From positions 100,505 through 164,504 of the forward strand of contig DATFLN010000034.1 of NCBI GenBank assembly GCA_035267645.1: a stretch of 64,000 nucleotides of DNA, in the 5' to 3' direction. This document shows, piece by piece, positions 8,734 through 18,160 of the stretch; the first letter of the stretch is position 1, and the number at the start of each line of letters is the position of its first letter. The stretch is from Gemmatimonadota bacterium. GTDB taxonomy: Bacteria; Gemmatimonadota; Gemmatimonadetes; Palauibacterales; Palauibacteraceae. The position numbers and the translations under genes are program-made. The notes under the pieces were generated by a model. That model was not told the origin of the DNA. It saw only the letters and a list, made by a program, of their open reading frames with translations, and did not search any database.

Positions 8734-9609
8734 TCAGCCCGCGGCCGCGGCGTCCAGGATCCGCCCCAGCCGCTCGGGCGCCCGGCGGTGCCCGAGGTTG
8801 CTGATGTAGACGTGCCGGACGCCGGCGTCCCGCAGGGCCCGGATCGAGCGGGCGCACACGGTCTCGGGCGTCGCGCCGCGCTCGAACTCCCGGGTCAGCT
8901 CTTCGGCGGGCACCGGGAAGAAGTCCGAGAGCTTCTCCAGCGTCGAGGGCGTCGCGCTCCGGTAGTAGAACACCCCGAACACGCCCGGCATCTCGAGGTC
9001 CCGCCGGCGGGCCTCCTCCACGAAGGCCTCCACCCGGCCGGCCGTGTGGTGCGAGACCACCTGGGTGAGGTAGAACTCCCCGGTGAACGCCTCGTCGATC
9101 AGGTAGCTCACCTGCTCGGCCGGGTCCCGGTGCGGATTGGCCCAGCCGCCCAGCTCGAGCCCCGGCACCCGGTCCCGGATCCTGCGGCGGAGCTGGTAGG
9201 CGTGCGGCACGCAGCGGGGCGGGCCCGCCTCGGGGTCCCCGCCCAGGACCACCAGGGCCTCGAGGCCGCGCGAGGCGGCGCGATCGGCGTAGCGGAGGCA
9301 GTAGCCCATCGAGTGCTTGCAGGTCAGGAACGGGACGAGCCGATCGCGTGGGACCTCCCCGGCCAGGTTGGTCACCAGGTGGCGGAGATTCTCCTCCTCG
9401 CGCTCGCCCACCGCGTCGTCGGTGAGGAACACGGCCGTGTCCCTCCGGCCCAGCCTGCGGAGCGCGTGATGGAGGTCGAGCCACGTCTCCATGCCCTCGT
9501 CCGAGGGGAGGTCGGCGGGAGGCGGGCGGAGCTCGACGGCGACCAGCGGCTCGGTCCGCCGAAGCCGTTCGAGGAAGGCGCTCTGTCGGGGAGACGTGGA
9601 GGTGGCCAT
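8734..9609 (-). CDS. Methylenetetrahydrofolate reductase-like (MetF family) protein
   Basis: ~290-aa ORF whose layout resembles MTHFR-family TIM barrels (LEALVVLGGD..., YLTQVVSHH, GVFGVFYY). The start is either ATG 9609 or TTG 9621. Confidence 0.7.
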   Translation of the reverse strand: MATSTSPRQSAFLERLRRTEPLVAVELRPPPADLPSDEGMETWLDLHHALRRLGRRDTAVFLTDDAVGEREEENLRHLVTNLAGEVPRDRLVPFLTCKHSMGYCLRYADRAASRGLEALVVLGGDPEAGPPRCVPHAYQLRRRIRDRVPGLELGGWANPHRDPAEQVSYLIDEAFTGEFYLTQVVSHHTAGRVEAFVEEARRRDLEMPGVFGVFYYRSATPSTLEKLSDFFPVPAEELTREFERGATPETVCARSIRALRDAGVRHVYISNLGHRRAPERLGRILDAAAAG

Positions 9610-9668
9610 CTTGGGCCGCAACTTAGTCGTCGGGGCCGTCTTCCGTCGAGGGATGCCGGGGTGAGGAC

Positions 9669-10223
9669 GTGGGCGTGAAACGCTTCTTCTATCGCTTCCG
9701 CGGGTGGCTGGTGGCGCCCCCGCTCCTCTTCGCGCTGTTCACGACCGTCGGTCGGGCGGACCGGCCGGTCCTGTCGTGGGCCCTCGGGCTCGTCCTGTTC
9801 GCCCCGGGCGTCTTCCTGCGTCTGTGGGCGCAGCAGCACCTGCACTACCGGCTCGAGACCGAGACGGCGCTCACCCGCTCGGGCCCCTACCTGTGGGCCC
9901 GGAACCCGATCTACGTGGGCAACACTCTCATCGGCACCGGTCTCGTGGCGACCTCGGGGCTCCTGTGGCTGGTCGTGCCGACGGCGGTCTGGTTCCTGGC
10001 CGTGTACGCGGTGGTCGCGCGATACGAAGAGGGCGTGCTCGAGGAGAGCTACGGGGAGCCGTACCGCGTCTTCCGGGAGGAGACGCCGCGCTGGTGGCCG
10101 AGGGCTCCTTCGGAAGGGCGGCTCGAGCTCGTGAACGAGCACCTCGGGGCCTCGATCGTGGCCGAGCTCCACAACCTCCTGTTCCTCGTCCCCTTCGTCG
10201 TGCGGGCCCTGGTGCTCCGCTGA
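9669..10223 (+). CDS. Isoprenylcysteine carboxyl methyltransferase / phospholipid methyltransferase family membrane protein
   Basis: Four to five TM segments plus the family motif GPYLWARNPIYVGNTL...YEEGVLEESYGEPYRVF. The start is GTG 9669, or GTG 9675 just after a GAGGA. Confidence 0.85.
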   Translation: MGVKRFFYRFRGWLVAPPLLFALFTTVGRADRPVLSWALGLVLFAPGVFLRLWAQQHLHYRLETETALTRSGPYLWARNPIYVGNTLIGTGLVATSGLLWLVVPTAVWFLAVYAVVARYEEGVLEESYGEPYRVFREETPRWWPRAPSEGRLELVNEHLGASIVAELHNLLFLVPFVVRALVLR

Positions 10224-10296
10224 GCGCGCGGGGCGTGTCCGGCGGCAGGCGGCCCGGCGCGCGGGAAGAGACCGCGCGCGGGGAGGACGGGCGCTC

Positions 10297-10593
10297 CTAC
10301 GCCTCCGGGGCGCGGCGGACCACGGCCTGCGGGGTCTCGTCCACGTACTCCCGCTCTCCCGTGCGGTGGACCCGGAAGATCTCGACGCGGTCGGGATGGC
10401 GGACGAGACGGACCGTCTGGGAGGACGCCGCCTCGGGCTGGCCGGCCAGGCGCTCGAGCTGCTCCTCCAGGGTCTCGGTGTAGAGGCTCTTCTCGATCAC
10501 GCACCAGCCCTCGCCCCCCAGACGGCGCAGGGCCTCGGCGTAGCTCGTGACCGGCTCGCCTCCGGTCTCGTCCCGATCCTCCGCTTCGTGCAC
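10297..10593 (-). CDS. Small acidic hypothetical protein (~98 aa)
   Basis: Strong G/C third-position bias. A GGGAGGAG Shine-Dalgarno precedes the in-frame GTG at 10593 (VHEAEDRDETGG...). I recognised no family. Confidence 0.6.
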   Translation of the reverse strand: MHEAEDRDETGGEPVTSYAEALRRLGGEGWCVIEKSLYTETLEEQLERLAGQPEAASSQTVRLVRHPDRVEIFRVHRTGEREYVDETPQAVVRRAPEA

Positions 10594-10881
10594 GTTCTCC
10601 TCCCGGGTCCACCGCCCACCCACCGGCGCTCCGCCGCGCCGGCCGATCGGGCGGCTGTCTCGCCTCCGAATCGTAGGGTCCCGACCGCCTCCGCGTCACG
10701 TCCCGCCCGGGACGCCCGCCGGGACCGTATCTTGCAATCGGGTGAGGGCCGGGGCCGACCGGCCCGTCGGCAGCCGCAGCGGGCGTCCGCGCCCGGGGCG
10801 GGAAGGACCCGTCCGAAGGCTGCTCTTTCGATCCGACCCGACCGACGTGACGACCCCGCGAGAGACTCAGAGGAGGATATC

Positions 10882-11529
10882 ATGCTACAGAGTCGTTCGT
10901 TCTGGACAGCGCTCCTGGGCGCGGCCTTCGTGGCCCTGCTCCTTCCCGGCCCGGCCCGCGCGCAGGTGGGGACCGCCGTCTCGGTGGCCCGCAACCTGTC
11001 CGTCGAGGGGCGGGCGGGCATCGGCGTCCCCGCGGGCAACCTGTCCGACATGGAGGATGCCGGCTTCAGCGCCGGGCTCGGAGTCTCCTACCGGCTCGCC
11101 GACCGGATCCGCGTGAGGGCGGACGGCGACCTGGAGACCCTCCTGGGCAAGCCGAGGCCGACCGGCCTGGCCGCCTATCCCGACCTCAAGCTCTACCACT
11201 ACGGGGCGGGCGTGGACGTCGAGCTCCTCCGGCCGATCCTGATCCCCTGGCGCATCACGGCAGGCGTGGGAGCCGGGGCCACGACCTTCGCCTTCGACGA
11301 CCTCACGTCCGGGGGCGTGACCGTGAGCCCGGACAAGAAGACGTATCTGAGCACGACCGGCTTCGCGCGGGTGGGCTACAGCCCCATGCCCCTCGTGGAC
11401 GTGTTCGTGCAGGCGCGGGCCTACCTGATGTTCACCAGCCCCGAGGACTTCCAGGCCGTGGGCGGCGACATCGGGGACACGACGTGGTCGGTCCCCCTGC
11501 AGGGAGGCATCGCGCTTCATCTTCCCTGA
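10882..11529 (+). CDS. Outer-membrane beta-barrel protein (OmpW/OmpA-barrel-like porin family), paralog 1
   Basis: AGGAGGA Shine-Dalgarno at 10871-10877 and ATG at 10882. Signal peptide ...LLLPGPARAQ is followed by alternating beta-strand pattern and a terminal aromatic-type end (GGIALHLP). Confidence 0.8.
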   Translation: MLQSRSFWTALLGAAFVALLLPGPARAQVGTAVSVARNLSVEGRAGIGVPAGNLSDMEDAGFSAGLGVSYRLADRIRVRADGDLETLLGKPRPTGLAAYPDLKLYHYGAGVDVELLRPILIPWRITAGVGAGATTFAFDDLTSGGVTVSPDKKTYLSTTGFARVGYSPMPLVDVFVQARAYLMFTSPEDFQAVGGDIGDTTWSVPLQGGIALHLP

Positions 11530-11708
11530 CGAGCGCGACGCCCGGCGACGACGGACGCGGGCCGGGGCGTGACCTTTCGCTCGGCCCGTTCGTCCATCGA
11601 CCGGACAGCGGGCCGAGCCGGCGAGGCGAATCCTCGGCGACGGCACGACCGTAGATCGATGCAGTGGACGCGAAGCACCTTTCGTTGGCCGACGACAGAG
11701 GAGGACGC

Positions 11709-12347
11709 ATGAAGCAAGCAGGTAGATGGAGCGCCGCGCTGGTGGCCGCCCTGGGCGCCGTGGCGCTGCTGGGGAGCTGGAGCTCGCCGGCGCAGGCGCA
11801 GAGCGTGTTCGAGCCGCGCTTCACCGTGGATGGACGGCTCGGGATCGCGGTCCCGTTCGGCGGGCTGGGCGACCTCGAGGATCCCGGCCTGGGCGCGGGC
11901 CTGGGCGGGGCCTACTGGTTCAGCCCCCGCTTCGCCGTGCGCGCCGACTGGAGCCTGGAGTCCCTCAACGGGAACCAGATCCCGGGCGCGCAGACCTATC
12001 GTGACCTGAACCTGTGGCACTACACGGCCGGCGTGGAGGCCAACCTGGCACCGCCGGTGAGCGGGAACGTGAAGTTCACCGTGAACGGCGGGCTGGGCCT
12101 CACCACCGTGGACTTCAACGGTGGCGGACCGACCCACAGCTACTTCACGATGACCGGAGGCGCCAAGCTGGCGTTCCCGCTGAACCGTCAGGTCGACCTG
12201 TTCGCCGGCGGCCGGGTCAACCTGGTCTTCTCGAACAGCGATGACACGTTCCAGAGCGTGGCGGGCAGCAACCTCCCCATCGCCCTCGGGACCAGCAGCC
12301 TGTGGTCGGTGCCGCTGTACGGAGGCATCCAGGTGAGCTTCCCGTAG
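11709..12347 (+). CDS. Outer-membrane beta-barrel protein, paralog 2
   Basis: AGAGGAGGA Shine-Dalgarno then ATG at 11709. Signal peptide ...SWSSPAQAQ. It is colinear with paralog 1 (GRxGIxVPxGxLxDxEDxGxxAGLG..., LxHYxAGVxxxL, WSVPLxGGIxxxxP). Confidence 0.8.
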   Translation: MKQAGRWSAALVAALGAVALLGSWSSPAQAQSVFEPRFTVDGRLGIAVPFGGLGDLEDPGLGAGLGGAYWFSPRFAVRADWSLESLNGNQIPGAQTYRDLNLWHYTAGVEANLAPPVSGNVKFTVNGGLGLTTVDFNGGGPTHSYFTMTGGAKLAFPLNRQVDLFAGGRVNLVFSNSDDTFQSVAGSNLPIALGTSSLWSVPLYGGIQVSFP

Positions 12348-12418
12348 CGGTCGGAGGGCCGACCCCTCCCGGCCGGCTCGGTGCCGGTCTCCGGGAGCGG
12401 GTGCCCTGAGAAACGAGC

Positions 12419-12466
12419 GGCCGCCCCGGCGTCCTCGCGGGCGCCGGGGCGGCCGATCTTCGTTCG
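12419..12466. terminator. Bidirectional intrinsic terminator between the second OMP gene and the bactofilin gene
   Basis: A 13-bp perfect stem pairs GGCCGCCCCGGCG (12419-12431) with CGCCGGGGCGGCC (12442-12454). It is followed by GATCTTCGTTCG on the + strand and by GCTCGTTTCTCAG on the - strand. Confidence 0.55.
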
Positions 12467-12540
12467 GGAGGGCTCGCGCGTCGGGCAGGAGGCCCGGTGC
12501 TCCGTTCGGGAGACCCCGCGCGGCGGGGCGTCCCGGCCCG

Positions 12541-13107
12541 TCAGGACTTCGAGGAGCTCCCGGAGGAGGACCCGGACGAGCTCCCGCCCGAGCCCGAGGA
12601 GCCGGAGCCGGACGACGACCCGCCCGAGCCGCTGCCGCCGGAGGCCTTCGATCCCGAGGGTCCTCCCGACGAGCTCGACGACCCGGAGGAGCCCGAGCTC
12701 CCCGACCCACCCTTCTCCATCACCAGGCGGCCGTTGACGACGCCGCCCTCCTGGATCTGGATGACGGAGGCCCGGACCTCGGCGTCCACTTGACAGCCCT
12801 CCATGAAGCGCGCGGCCTCGGAGGCGATGACGTTGCCGGTCACCCGCCCGCCGACGTGGATCTCCCGGGCCTGGATGTCGCCGTCGACGATCCCGCGCGG
12901 CGCCACCACGACTTCGCCTTCGGTCCGGATCGAGCCCTTCACGCGGCCCTCGATGCGGAGGTCGCCGCGGGCCTTGAGCTCGCCGTCCAGCTCCATCCCG
13001 CTCCCGATGACCGACGGCGTCGCGGTGCCGCGACCCTGGGTCGACGACGAGCTGGCGGTGGGGGAGTCGCTCCCCTTCCGGGAGAGTCCTTCGAATACTG
13101 GTGTCAT
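12541..13107 (-). CDS. Bactofilin (polymer-forming cytoskeletal protein) with a long Ser/Gly-rich C-terminal tail
   Basis: The core has bactofilin beta-helix repeats (GELKARGDLRIEGRVKGSIRTEGEVVVAPRGIVDGDIQAREIHVGGRVTGNVIASE). An in-frame ATG at 13107 is preceded by GGAAGAGGAA. The last ~55 residues are almost only S and G. Confidence 0.85.
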   Translation of the reverse strand: MTPVFEGLSRKGSDSPTASSSSTQGRGTATPSVIGSGMELDGELKARGDLRIEGRVKGSIRTEGEVVVAPRGIVDGDIQAREIHVGGRVTGNVIASEAARFMEGCQVDAEVRASVIQIQEGGVVNGRLVMEKGGSGSSGSSGSSSSSGGPSGSKASGGSGSGGSSSGSGSSGSGGSSSGSSSGSSSKS

Positions 13108-13398
13108 GGGTTCCTCTTCCTGTTCTGCGTGCGGTGTGACCCCGGCGGCTCCAGCGGCGGGAGACGCGGGAACGTTACCCTCTGCCCGTGGAGCCGGGCA
13201 AGCGGCTCCGTGCGGGACTCCTGTCCGTGCCGGCCCGCGGGTGGTTCGGGCCCCGCCTGAGACGGGCCGCGGCCCGTGCGTGGGAAAGGGCCCGCCTCGT
13301 TGCGGCGGACGCGGACGGGATCCTATCGTGGCCCCGCCCGGCCTCCGCCGGGCTCGCGCGAGCACCGCCGTTCCTGTCCACGATCCACGGAGCCGATC

Positions 13399-15525
13399 AT
13401 GATCCCGATCAAGAGCCGCTGCATCCTACGGTTCGCCGGAGCCCTCGTCGTGGCCGCGGCCCTCCTGGCGGCCCCGGGTGCGGCCCCGCTCGCGGCCCGG
13501 CCCGGCGGTCCCTCCACGGGCTCCCCGGCGGCCGGCGACACGGCCCTCTTCACGATCGATGACGCGCTGGACCTCGTTCGCGTCACGGATCCCAGGATCT
13601 CGCCGGACGGCTCGCGGGTGGTCTATACCCGCGAGACCCTGGACTGGGAGCACAACGACCGGAAGAGCCGCCTGTGGCTGGTCCGGGCCGACGGGAGCGA
13701 TCCGAGGCCCTTCACGTCGGAGGAGGGTGACGCGCAGCCGCGCTGGTCCCCCGACGGCCGGTGGATCGCCTTCGTGCGCCGCGCGGAGGACGGGGACGAG
13801 GAGGAGGATGGCGGCGCCCGCCAGCTCTACGTGATCCGGACGGACGGTGGGGAGGCGAGGCCGCTCACCCATCACGCCACGTCGGTCGGCCGCTTCGAGT
13901 GGGGGCCGGACTCGCGGCGGATCTTCTTCGTGGCCGCCGACTCGCTCCCGGGCGCGGCGCAGGACTCCCTGGACGACGGCTGGGACGCGATGGCGGTGGA
14001 CGAGGGCCCGAACGGCCAGCGGCGGGGCCGCTGGTCCAACCTGTGGTGGGTGGAGGTCGACCCGGACTCGGCGGTCGAGCACGCGCTGACCACCGGGAAA
14101 CGGGTGGTGGGGGACTTCGCGGCTTCCCCGGACGGAGGACGCGTGGCCTTCACCTTCCGCACCGAGGACCACAGGAACGACGCCTTCCGCTCCGAGGTCG
14201 CCCTCGTCGACGTCTCCGACGGTGAGGTCCGCCGGCTCACGCACAACGAGGCCCCCGAGTCCGGGCTGGCGTGGTCGCCCGACGGGAAGACGCTCACGTA
14301 CGTGGCGCCGGACACCGCCACGTGGCGCCTGGACCAGGGAAACCTGTACGCCCTGGACGCGGCCGGCGGGCGGGTGCGCCAGCTGGCACCGGGGTTCGAG
14401 GGGGCGATCGGGGACTACGCCTGGTCGCCCGACGGCGAGATCGACTTCTCCGCCCAGGTGCGGACCACGGCCGAGCTCTACCGCCTCGACCCGTCCTCGG
14501 GCCGGGTCGAGCGCCTGAGCCGGCTGGACGGAGTCGTGGGCGGGCCGAGCTGGTCGGCCGACCACGGTCACGTGGCCTTCGAGCTCAGCACGCCCTCCGT
14601 TCCCGGGGACCTGTACGTGGCCGGGCTCGGGCCGTTCGAGGCGCACCGGATCACCCGGGCCAACGCGGACGTGGAGGGGAAGGACCTGGCCGCGCCCGAG
14701 GTCGTCCGCTGGAAGAGCTCCGACGGGAACGAGGTCGAGGGGCTCCTCTACCGGCCGCCGGAGGCCGCGGGCTGGTCGGGGCCGGGGGCCATGGTGCTGG
14801 AGGTCCACGGCGGGCCGGCCGGGAGCTTCACGCGCCGCTTCGACTCCGACGCGCAGGTCCTGGCGGCCCACGGCTACGCCGTCCTCCAGCCCAACGTGCG
14901 CGGCTCCTCGGGCTACGGGGACGCCTGGCTCCGCGGGAACATGCACGACATCGGGGGAGGGGACTACCGGGACCTCATGAGCGGGGTCGACGAGATGGTC
15001 CGCCGGGGCGTCGCGGATCCCGACTCCCTGGCCATCAAGGGGTGGAGCTACGGGGGCATCCTGGGCGGATGGACGCTGACCCGGACCGACCGCTTCAGGG
15101 CGGCGAGCCTGGGCGCCATGGTCACCGACTGGCCGGCCGAGTACGGGCCGGGCTTCCACTTCGACGTGGCCCGCTGGTACCTGGGCGGCGACCCGTGGTC
15201 CAACGGCGACTTCTGGCGCGAGCGCTCGAGCTTCTGGCACATGGAGCGGGTGAAGACGCCCACGATCCTCTTCCACGGGGCCCGGGACCGCACCGACACG
15301 CCCATGCAGTCCATGAACTTCCACGCCGCGCTCCGCCACTTCGGGGTCCCCGAGCGCTACCTCGAGTTCCCGCGCGAGCCGCACGGCTTCCGGGAGCCGC
15401 GCCACCAGCGCACCCGCATGGCGGAGGAGCTGGCCTGGTTCCAGCGCTGGGTGCGGGGCCTGGAAGGCTGGGAGGCTCCGCCCCGGCCGGGGACGACGCC
15501 GGAGGACTCCGCCGCGGGGGGCTGA
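13399..15525 (+). CDS. S9 family serine peptidase (acylaminoacyl-peptidase/prolyl oligopeptidase type) with N-terminal TolB-like propeller
   Basis: Signal peptide; repeated SPDG/WSPDG propeller motifs; catalytic-domain blocks LEVHGGP, GWSYGG (nucleophile elbow) and a conserved C-terminal His region. ATG at 13399. Confidence 0.9.
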   Translation: MIPIKSRCILRFAGALVVAAALLAAPGAAPLAARPGGPSTGSPAAGDTALFTIDDALDLVRVTDPRISPDGSRVVYTRETLDWEHNDRKSRLWLVRADGSDPRPFTSEEGDAQPRWSPDGRWIAFVRRAEDGDEEEDGGARQLYVIRTDGGEARPLTHHATSVGRFEWGPDSRRIFFVAADSLPGAAQDSLDDGWDAMAVDEGPNGQRRGRWSNLWWVEVDPDSAVEHALTTGKRVVGDFAASPDGGRVAFTFRTEDHRNDAFRSEVALVDVSDGEVRRLTHNEAPESGLAWSPDGKTLTYVAPDTATWRLDQGNLYALDAAGGRVRQLAPGFEGAIGDYAWSPDGEIDFSAQVRTTAELYRLDPSSGRVERLSRLDGVVGGPSWSADHGHVAFELSTPSVPGDLYVAGLGPFEAHRITRANADVEGKDLAAPEVVRWKSSDGNEVEGLLYRPPEAAGWSGPGAMVLEVHGGPAGSFTRRFDSDAQVLAAHGYAVLQPNVRGSSGYGDAWLRGNMHDIGGGDYRDLMSGVDEMVRRGVADPDSLAIKGWSYGGILGGWTLTRTDRFRAASLGAMVTDWPAEYGPGFHFDVARWYLGGDPWSNGDFWRERSSFWHMERVKTPTILFHGARDRTDTPMQSMNFHAALRHFGVPERYLEFPREPHGFREPRHQRTRMAEELAWFQRWVRGLEGWEAPPRPGTTPEDSAAGG

Positions 15526-15630
15526 CCCGGGGGCGGCCGCGCCCGCGTCGCCGGCCCGCGCGACGTCGGTACGACCCTTGCCCGCCACGGTGGACGGGAC
15601 CGAGCACGTTCACCGGAACGGGAGAGGCAC

Positions 15631-17604
15631 GTGGGCCTGAACGTCGCACAGAAGCTGATCCAGTCGCACCTGGTGGAGGGGGAGATGACCCCCGGCCGGG
15701 AAATCGGGCTCGAGATCGACCAGACACTCACCCAGGACGCCACGGGCACGCTGGTCATGCTGGAGCTCGAGGCCATGGGCCTGGACCGGGCCCGGACCGA
15801 GCTCTCGGCTCAGTACGTGGATCACAACCTCATCCAGGAGGACAACAAGAACCCGGACGACCACCGGTTCCTGCGCAGCGCCTGCCGGAAGTTCGGGATC
15901 TGGTTCAGCCGGCCCGGGAACGGGGTGAGCCACCCCGTCCACCAGGAGCGCTTCGGCGTGCCCGGCAAGACGATGGTGGGTTCGGACAGCCACACCCCCG
16001 CCGCCGGCGCCATCGGGATGCTGGCCATCGGCTCGGGAGGGATGGACGTGGCCATGGCCATCGCCGGCGAGCCCTACTACGTGAAGATGCCCGAGATCTG
16101 GGGCGTCCGGCTCACCGGGGAGCTCCCCGACTGGGTGAGCGCCAAGGACGTGATCCTGGAGATGCTCCGGCGTCACGACGTGGACGGGGGCGTGGGCCGG
16201 ATCATCGAGTACTACGGGCCGGGGCTCGAGAGCCTTTCGGCCATGGACCGGCACGTCATCGCCAACATGGGGACGGAGCTGGGCGCGACGACCACCGTCT
16301 TCCCCTCCGACGACGAGGTCCGGCGCTTCCTGGCCTCCCAGGGACGCGAGGACGACTGGATCGAGATCGTGGCCGACGAGGACGCCGGGTACGACGTCGA
16401 CGAGCACATCGACCTCTCGGAGCTGGTCCCGCTCATCGCGAAGCCCTCGAGCCCGGGGAACGTGGTGCCGGTCTCGGAGCTGGCGGGCGAGGAGATCTCC
16501 CAGGCCTACGTCGGCTCCTCGGCCAACCCCGGCTACCGCGACTTCGCCGTTGCGGCCGAGATCGTGAAGGGACGGCAGGTGCACCCGGACGTCTCCCTCG
16601 ACGTGAACCCGACCTCGCGGCAGATCCTCGAGAACCTGGACCGCGACGGGCATCTCCTCTCCCTCATCCACGCCGGCGCCCGCATCCACCAGGCCGGCTG
16701 CAACGGCTGCATCGGGATGGGCCAGGCCCCGGCCACCGACACGCGGAGCCTGCGGACGGTCCCGCGGAACTTCCCCGACCGTTCGGGGACGAAGGACGAC
16801 ATGGTCTTCCTGGTGAGTCCCGAGACGGCCGCCGCCTCGGCGCTCATGGGCGTCATCACCGACCCGCGGAGCCTGGAGGAGGAGCTCGGGCTCTCGTATC
16901 CGGACGTCTCGGATCCCGCCGAGCCGATCCTGAACACGAAGGCGCTCGAGGCGCCGCCCTCCGCCGAGGAGGCCCGCGAGCTGTCGCTCGTGAAGGGTCC
17001 CAACATCGTCTCCCTCCCCGAGCTGGAGGGGTTGCCGGACGCGCTCGAGGTGCCGGTGAGCTTCAAGGCGGCCGACGACATCTCCACCGACGAGATCCTG
17101 CGGGCGGGCGCCGAGGTCCTCCCGTACCGGAGCAACATCCCCGAGATCTCGAAGTTCGCGTTCGACGTGGTCGATCCCGACTACTACGACAAGGCCATGG
17201 ACACCCGGGACTCGGGCGGGCACGCGGTGGTCGGCGGCTCGAACTACGGCCAGGGCTCGAGCCGGGAGCACGCGGCGCTGGCGCCGCGCTACCTGGGCCT
17301 CCGGCTCGTGGTCGCGAAGGACTACGCGCGCATCCACTGGCAGAACCTGGTCAACTTCGGGGTGCTGCCGCTCACCTTCCAGGACCCGGACGACTACGAC
17401 CGGATCGAGCAGGGCGACGTCCTGCGGGTCGAGGGCCTGGACGAGACCCTGGGCCGCGGCCCGGAGGTGGAGGTGACGAACGTCACGAAGGGCGAGACCT
17501 GCGCGGCCCGGCACGACCTCTCGGAGCGTCAGATCGAGATCCTGCGCCAGGGCGGCCAGATCGAGTGGATGAAGCGGCGGCTGGCCGGCACCGCCGCGGC
17601 CTGA
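15631..17604 (+). CDS. Aconitase-family hydratase (~657 aa short type, putative aconitate hydratase)
   Basis: Blocks IDQTLTQDATG, MVGSDSHTPAAGA and CNGCIGMG (Fe-S ligand region), plus swivel-domain GSSREHAALAPRYLG. GTG start at 15631. Confidence 0.9.
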   Translation: MGLNVAQKLIQSHLVEGEMTPGREIGLEIDQTLTQDATGTLVMLELEAMGLDRARTELSAQYVDHNLIQEDNKNPDDHRFLRSACRKFGIWFSRPGNGVSHPVHQERFGVPGKTMVGSDSHTPAAGAIGMLAIGSGGMDVAMAIAGEPYYVKMPEIWGVRLTGELPDWVSAKDVILEMLRRHDVDGGVGRIIEYYGPGLESLSAMDRHVIANMGTELGATTTVFPSDDEVRRFLASQGREDDWIEIVADEDAGYDVDEHIDLSELVPLIAKPSSPGNVVPVSELAGEEISQAYVGSSANPGYRDFAVAAEIVKGRQVHPDVSLDVNPTSRQILENLDRDGHLLSLIHAGARIHQAGCNGCIGMGQAPATDTRSLRTVPRNFPDRSGTKDDMVFLVSPETAAASALMGVITDPRSLEEELGLSYPDVSDPAEPILNTKALEAPPSAEEARELSLVKGPNIVSLPELEGLPDALEVPVSFKAADDISTDEILRAGAEVLPYRSNIPEISKFAFDVVDPDYYDKAMDTRDSGGHAVVGGSNYGQGSSREHAALAPRYLGLRLVVAKDYARIHWQNLVNFGVLPLTFQDPDDYDRIEQGDVLRVEGLDETLGRGPEVEVTNVTKGETCAARHDLSERQIEILRQGGQIEWMKRRLAGTAAA

Positions 17605-17620
17605 GGGAAGGGAGACGACG

Positions 17621-18103
17621 GTGGAGCTGTACGTGGCCCGGCACGCCCGGGCGGCCGGCGAGAGCCGGGGCGGCGAGAGGCCGCTCACCGACGAGGGACG
17701 CGAGGACGCCCGCCGGGTCGGGCGCGCCCTGGAGGCGGCCGGTGTGAAGCTGTCCTCGGTGTGGCATTCCCCCAAGCTCCGGGCCCGGGAGACGGCCGAC
17801 CTCCTGGCGGGGGCGGTCGGTGCCGGGGCCGAGCTCGAGGAGCGCGTCGACCTGCAACCGCTCTCGGACCCCACCACGGTCCTGGACGCGGTGCGGGACG
17901 CGGTCGGCCCGGTCCTCGTGGTCGGCCACCTGCCCCACGTCGAGCGCCTCGGCTCGCTCCTCCTCACCGGGAGCGCCGACGCGGAGGTCGTGGACATCCC
18001 GCCCGGCGGGGTGCTGCGCTTCGTGAGCGGCGAGGGGCGGGACTGGCGGCTCACGTGGTTCGTGACGCCCGGGCTCCTCCCTCGCGAGGCGGGGAAAGCC
18101 TAG
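17621..18103 (+). CDS. sixA: Phosphohistidine phosphatase SixA
   Basis: 160 aa. It has the histidine-phosphatase RHA motif at the N-terminus (LYVARHARA), plus SPKLRARETA and VVGHLPH. It begins 16 nt after the aconitase-family gene. Confidence 0.85.
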   Translation: MELYVARHARAAGESRGGERPLTDEGREDARRVGRALEAAGVKLSSVWHSPKLRARETADLLAGAVGAGAELEERVDLQPLSDPTTVLDAVRDAVGPVLVVGHLPHVERLGSLLLTGSADAEVVDIPPGGVLRFVSGEGRDWRLTWFVTPGLLPREAGKA

Positions 18104-18160
18104 CGAGCCGGCCTCCGGGGTCCCCGGCCCCGGCGCCGCCCTCCTCCTCCGAAGCCGGGG

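Noticed and set aside
12497-12793. Plus-strand ORF encoding a Pro/Glu/Asp-rich 98-aa product antisense to the bactofilin tail.
   Set aside because: It is the mirror image of Ser/Gly codon repeats. The minus strand carries a recognisable bactofilin domain continuous with the tail, so the + frame is considered an artefact.
15568-15582. Sigma-54-like element GGTACGacccTTGCC about 50 nt upstream of the aconitase-family gene, and GGGACCGtatcTTGCA at 10721-10737 upstream of the first OMP gene.
   Set aside because: The spacing is correct, but the -24 boxes carry mismatches, and GG-N10-GC is common by chance in GC-rich DNA. Sigma-54 control of an aconitase-family gene has no precedent that I know of. 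These are kept only as weak candidates.
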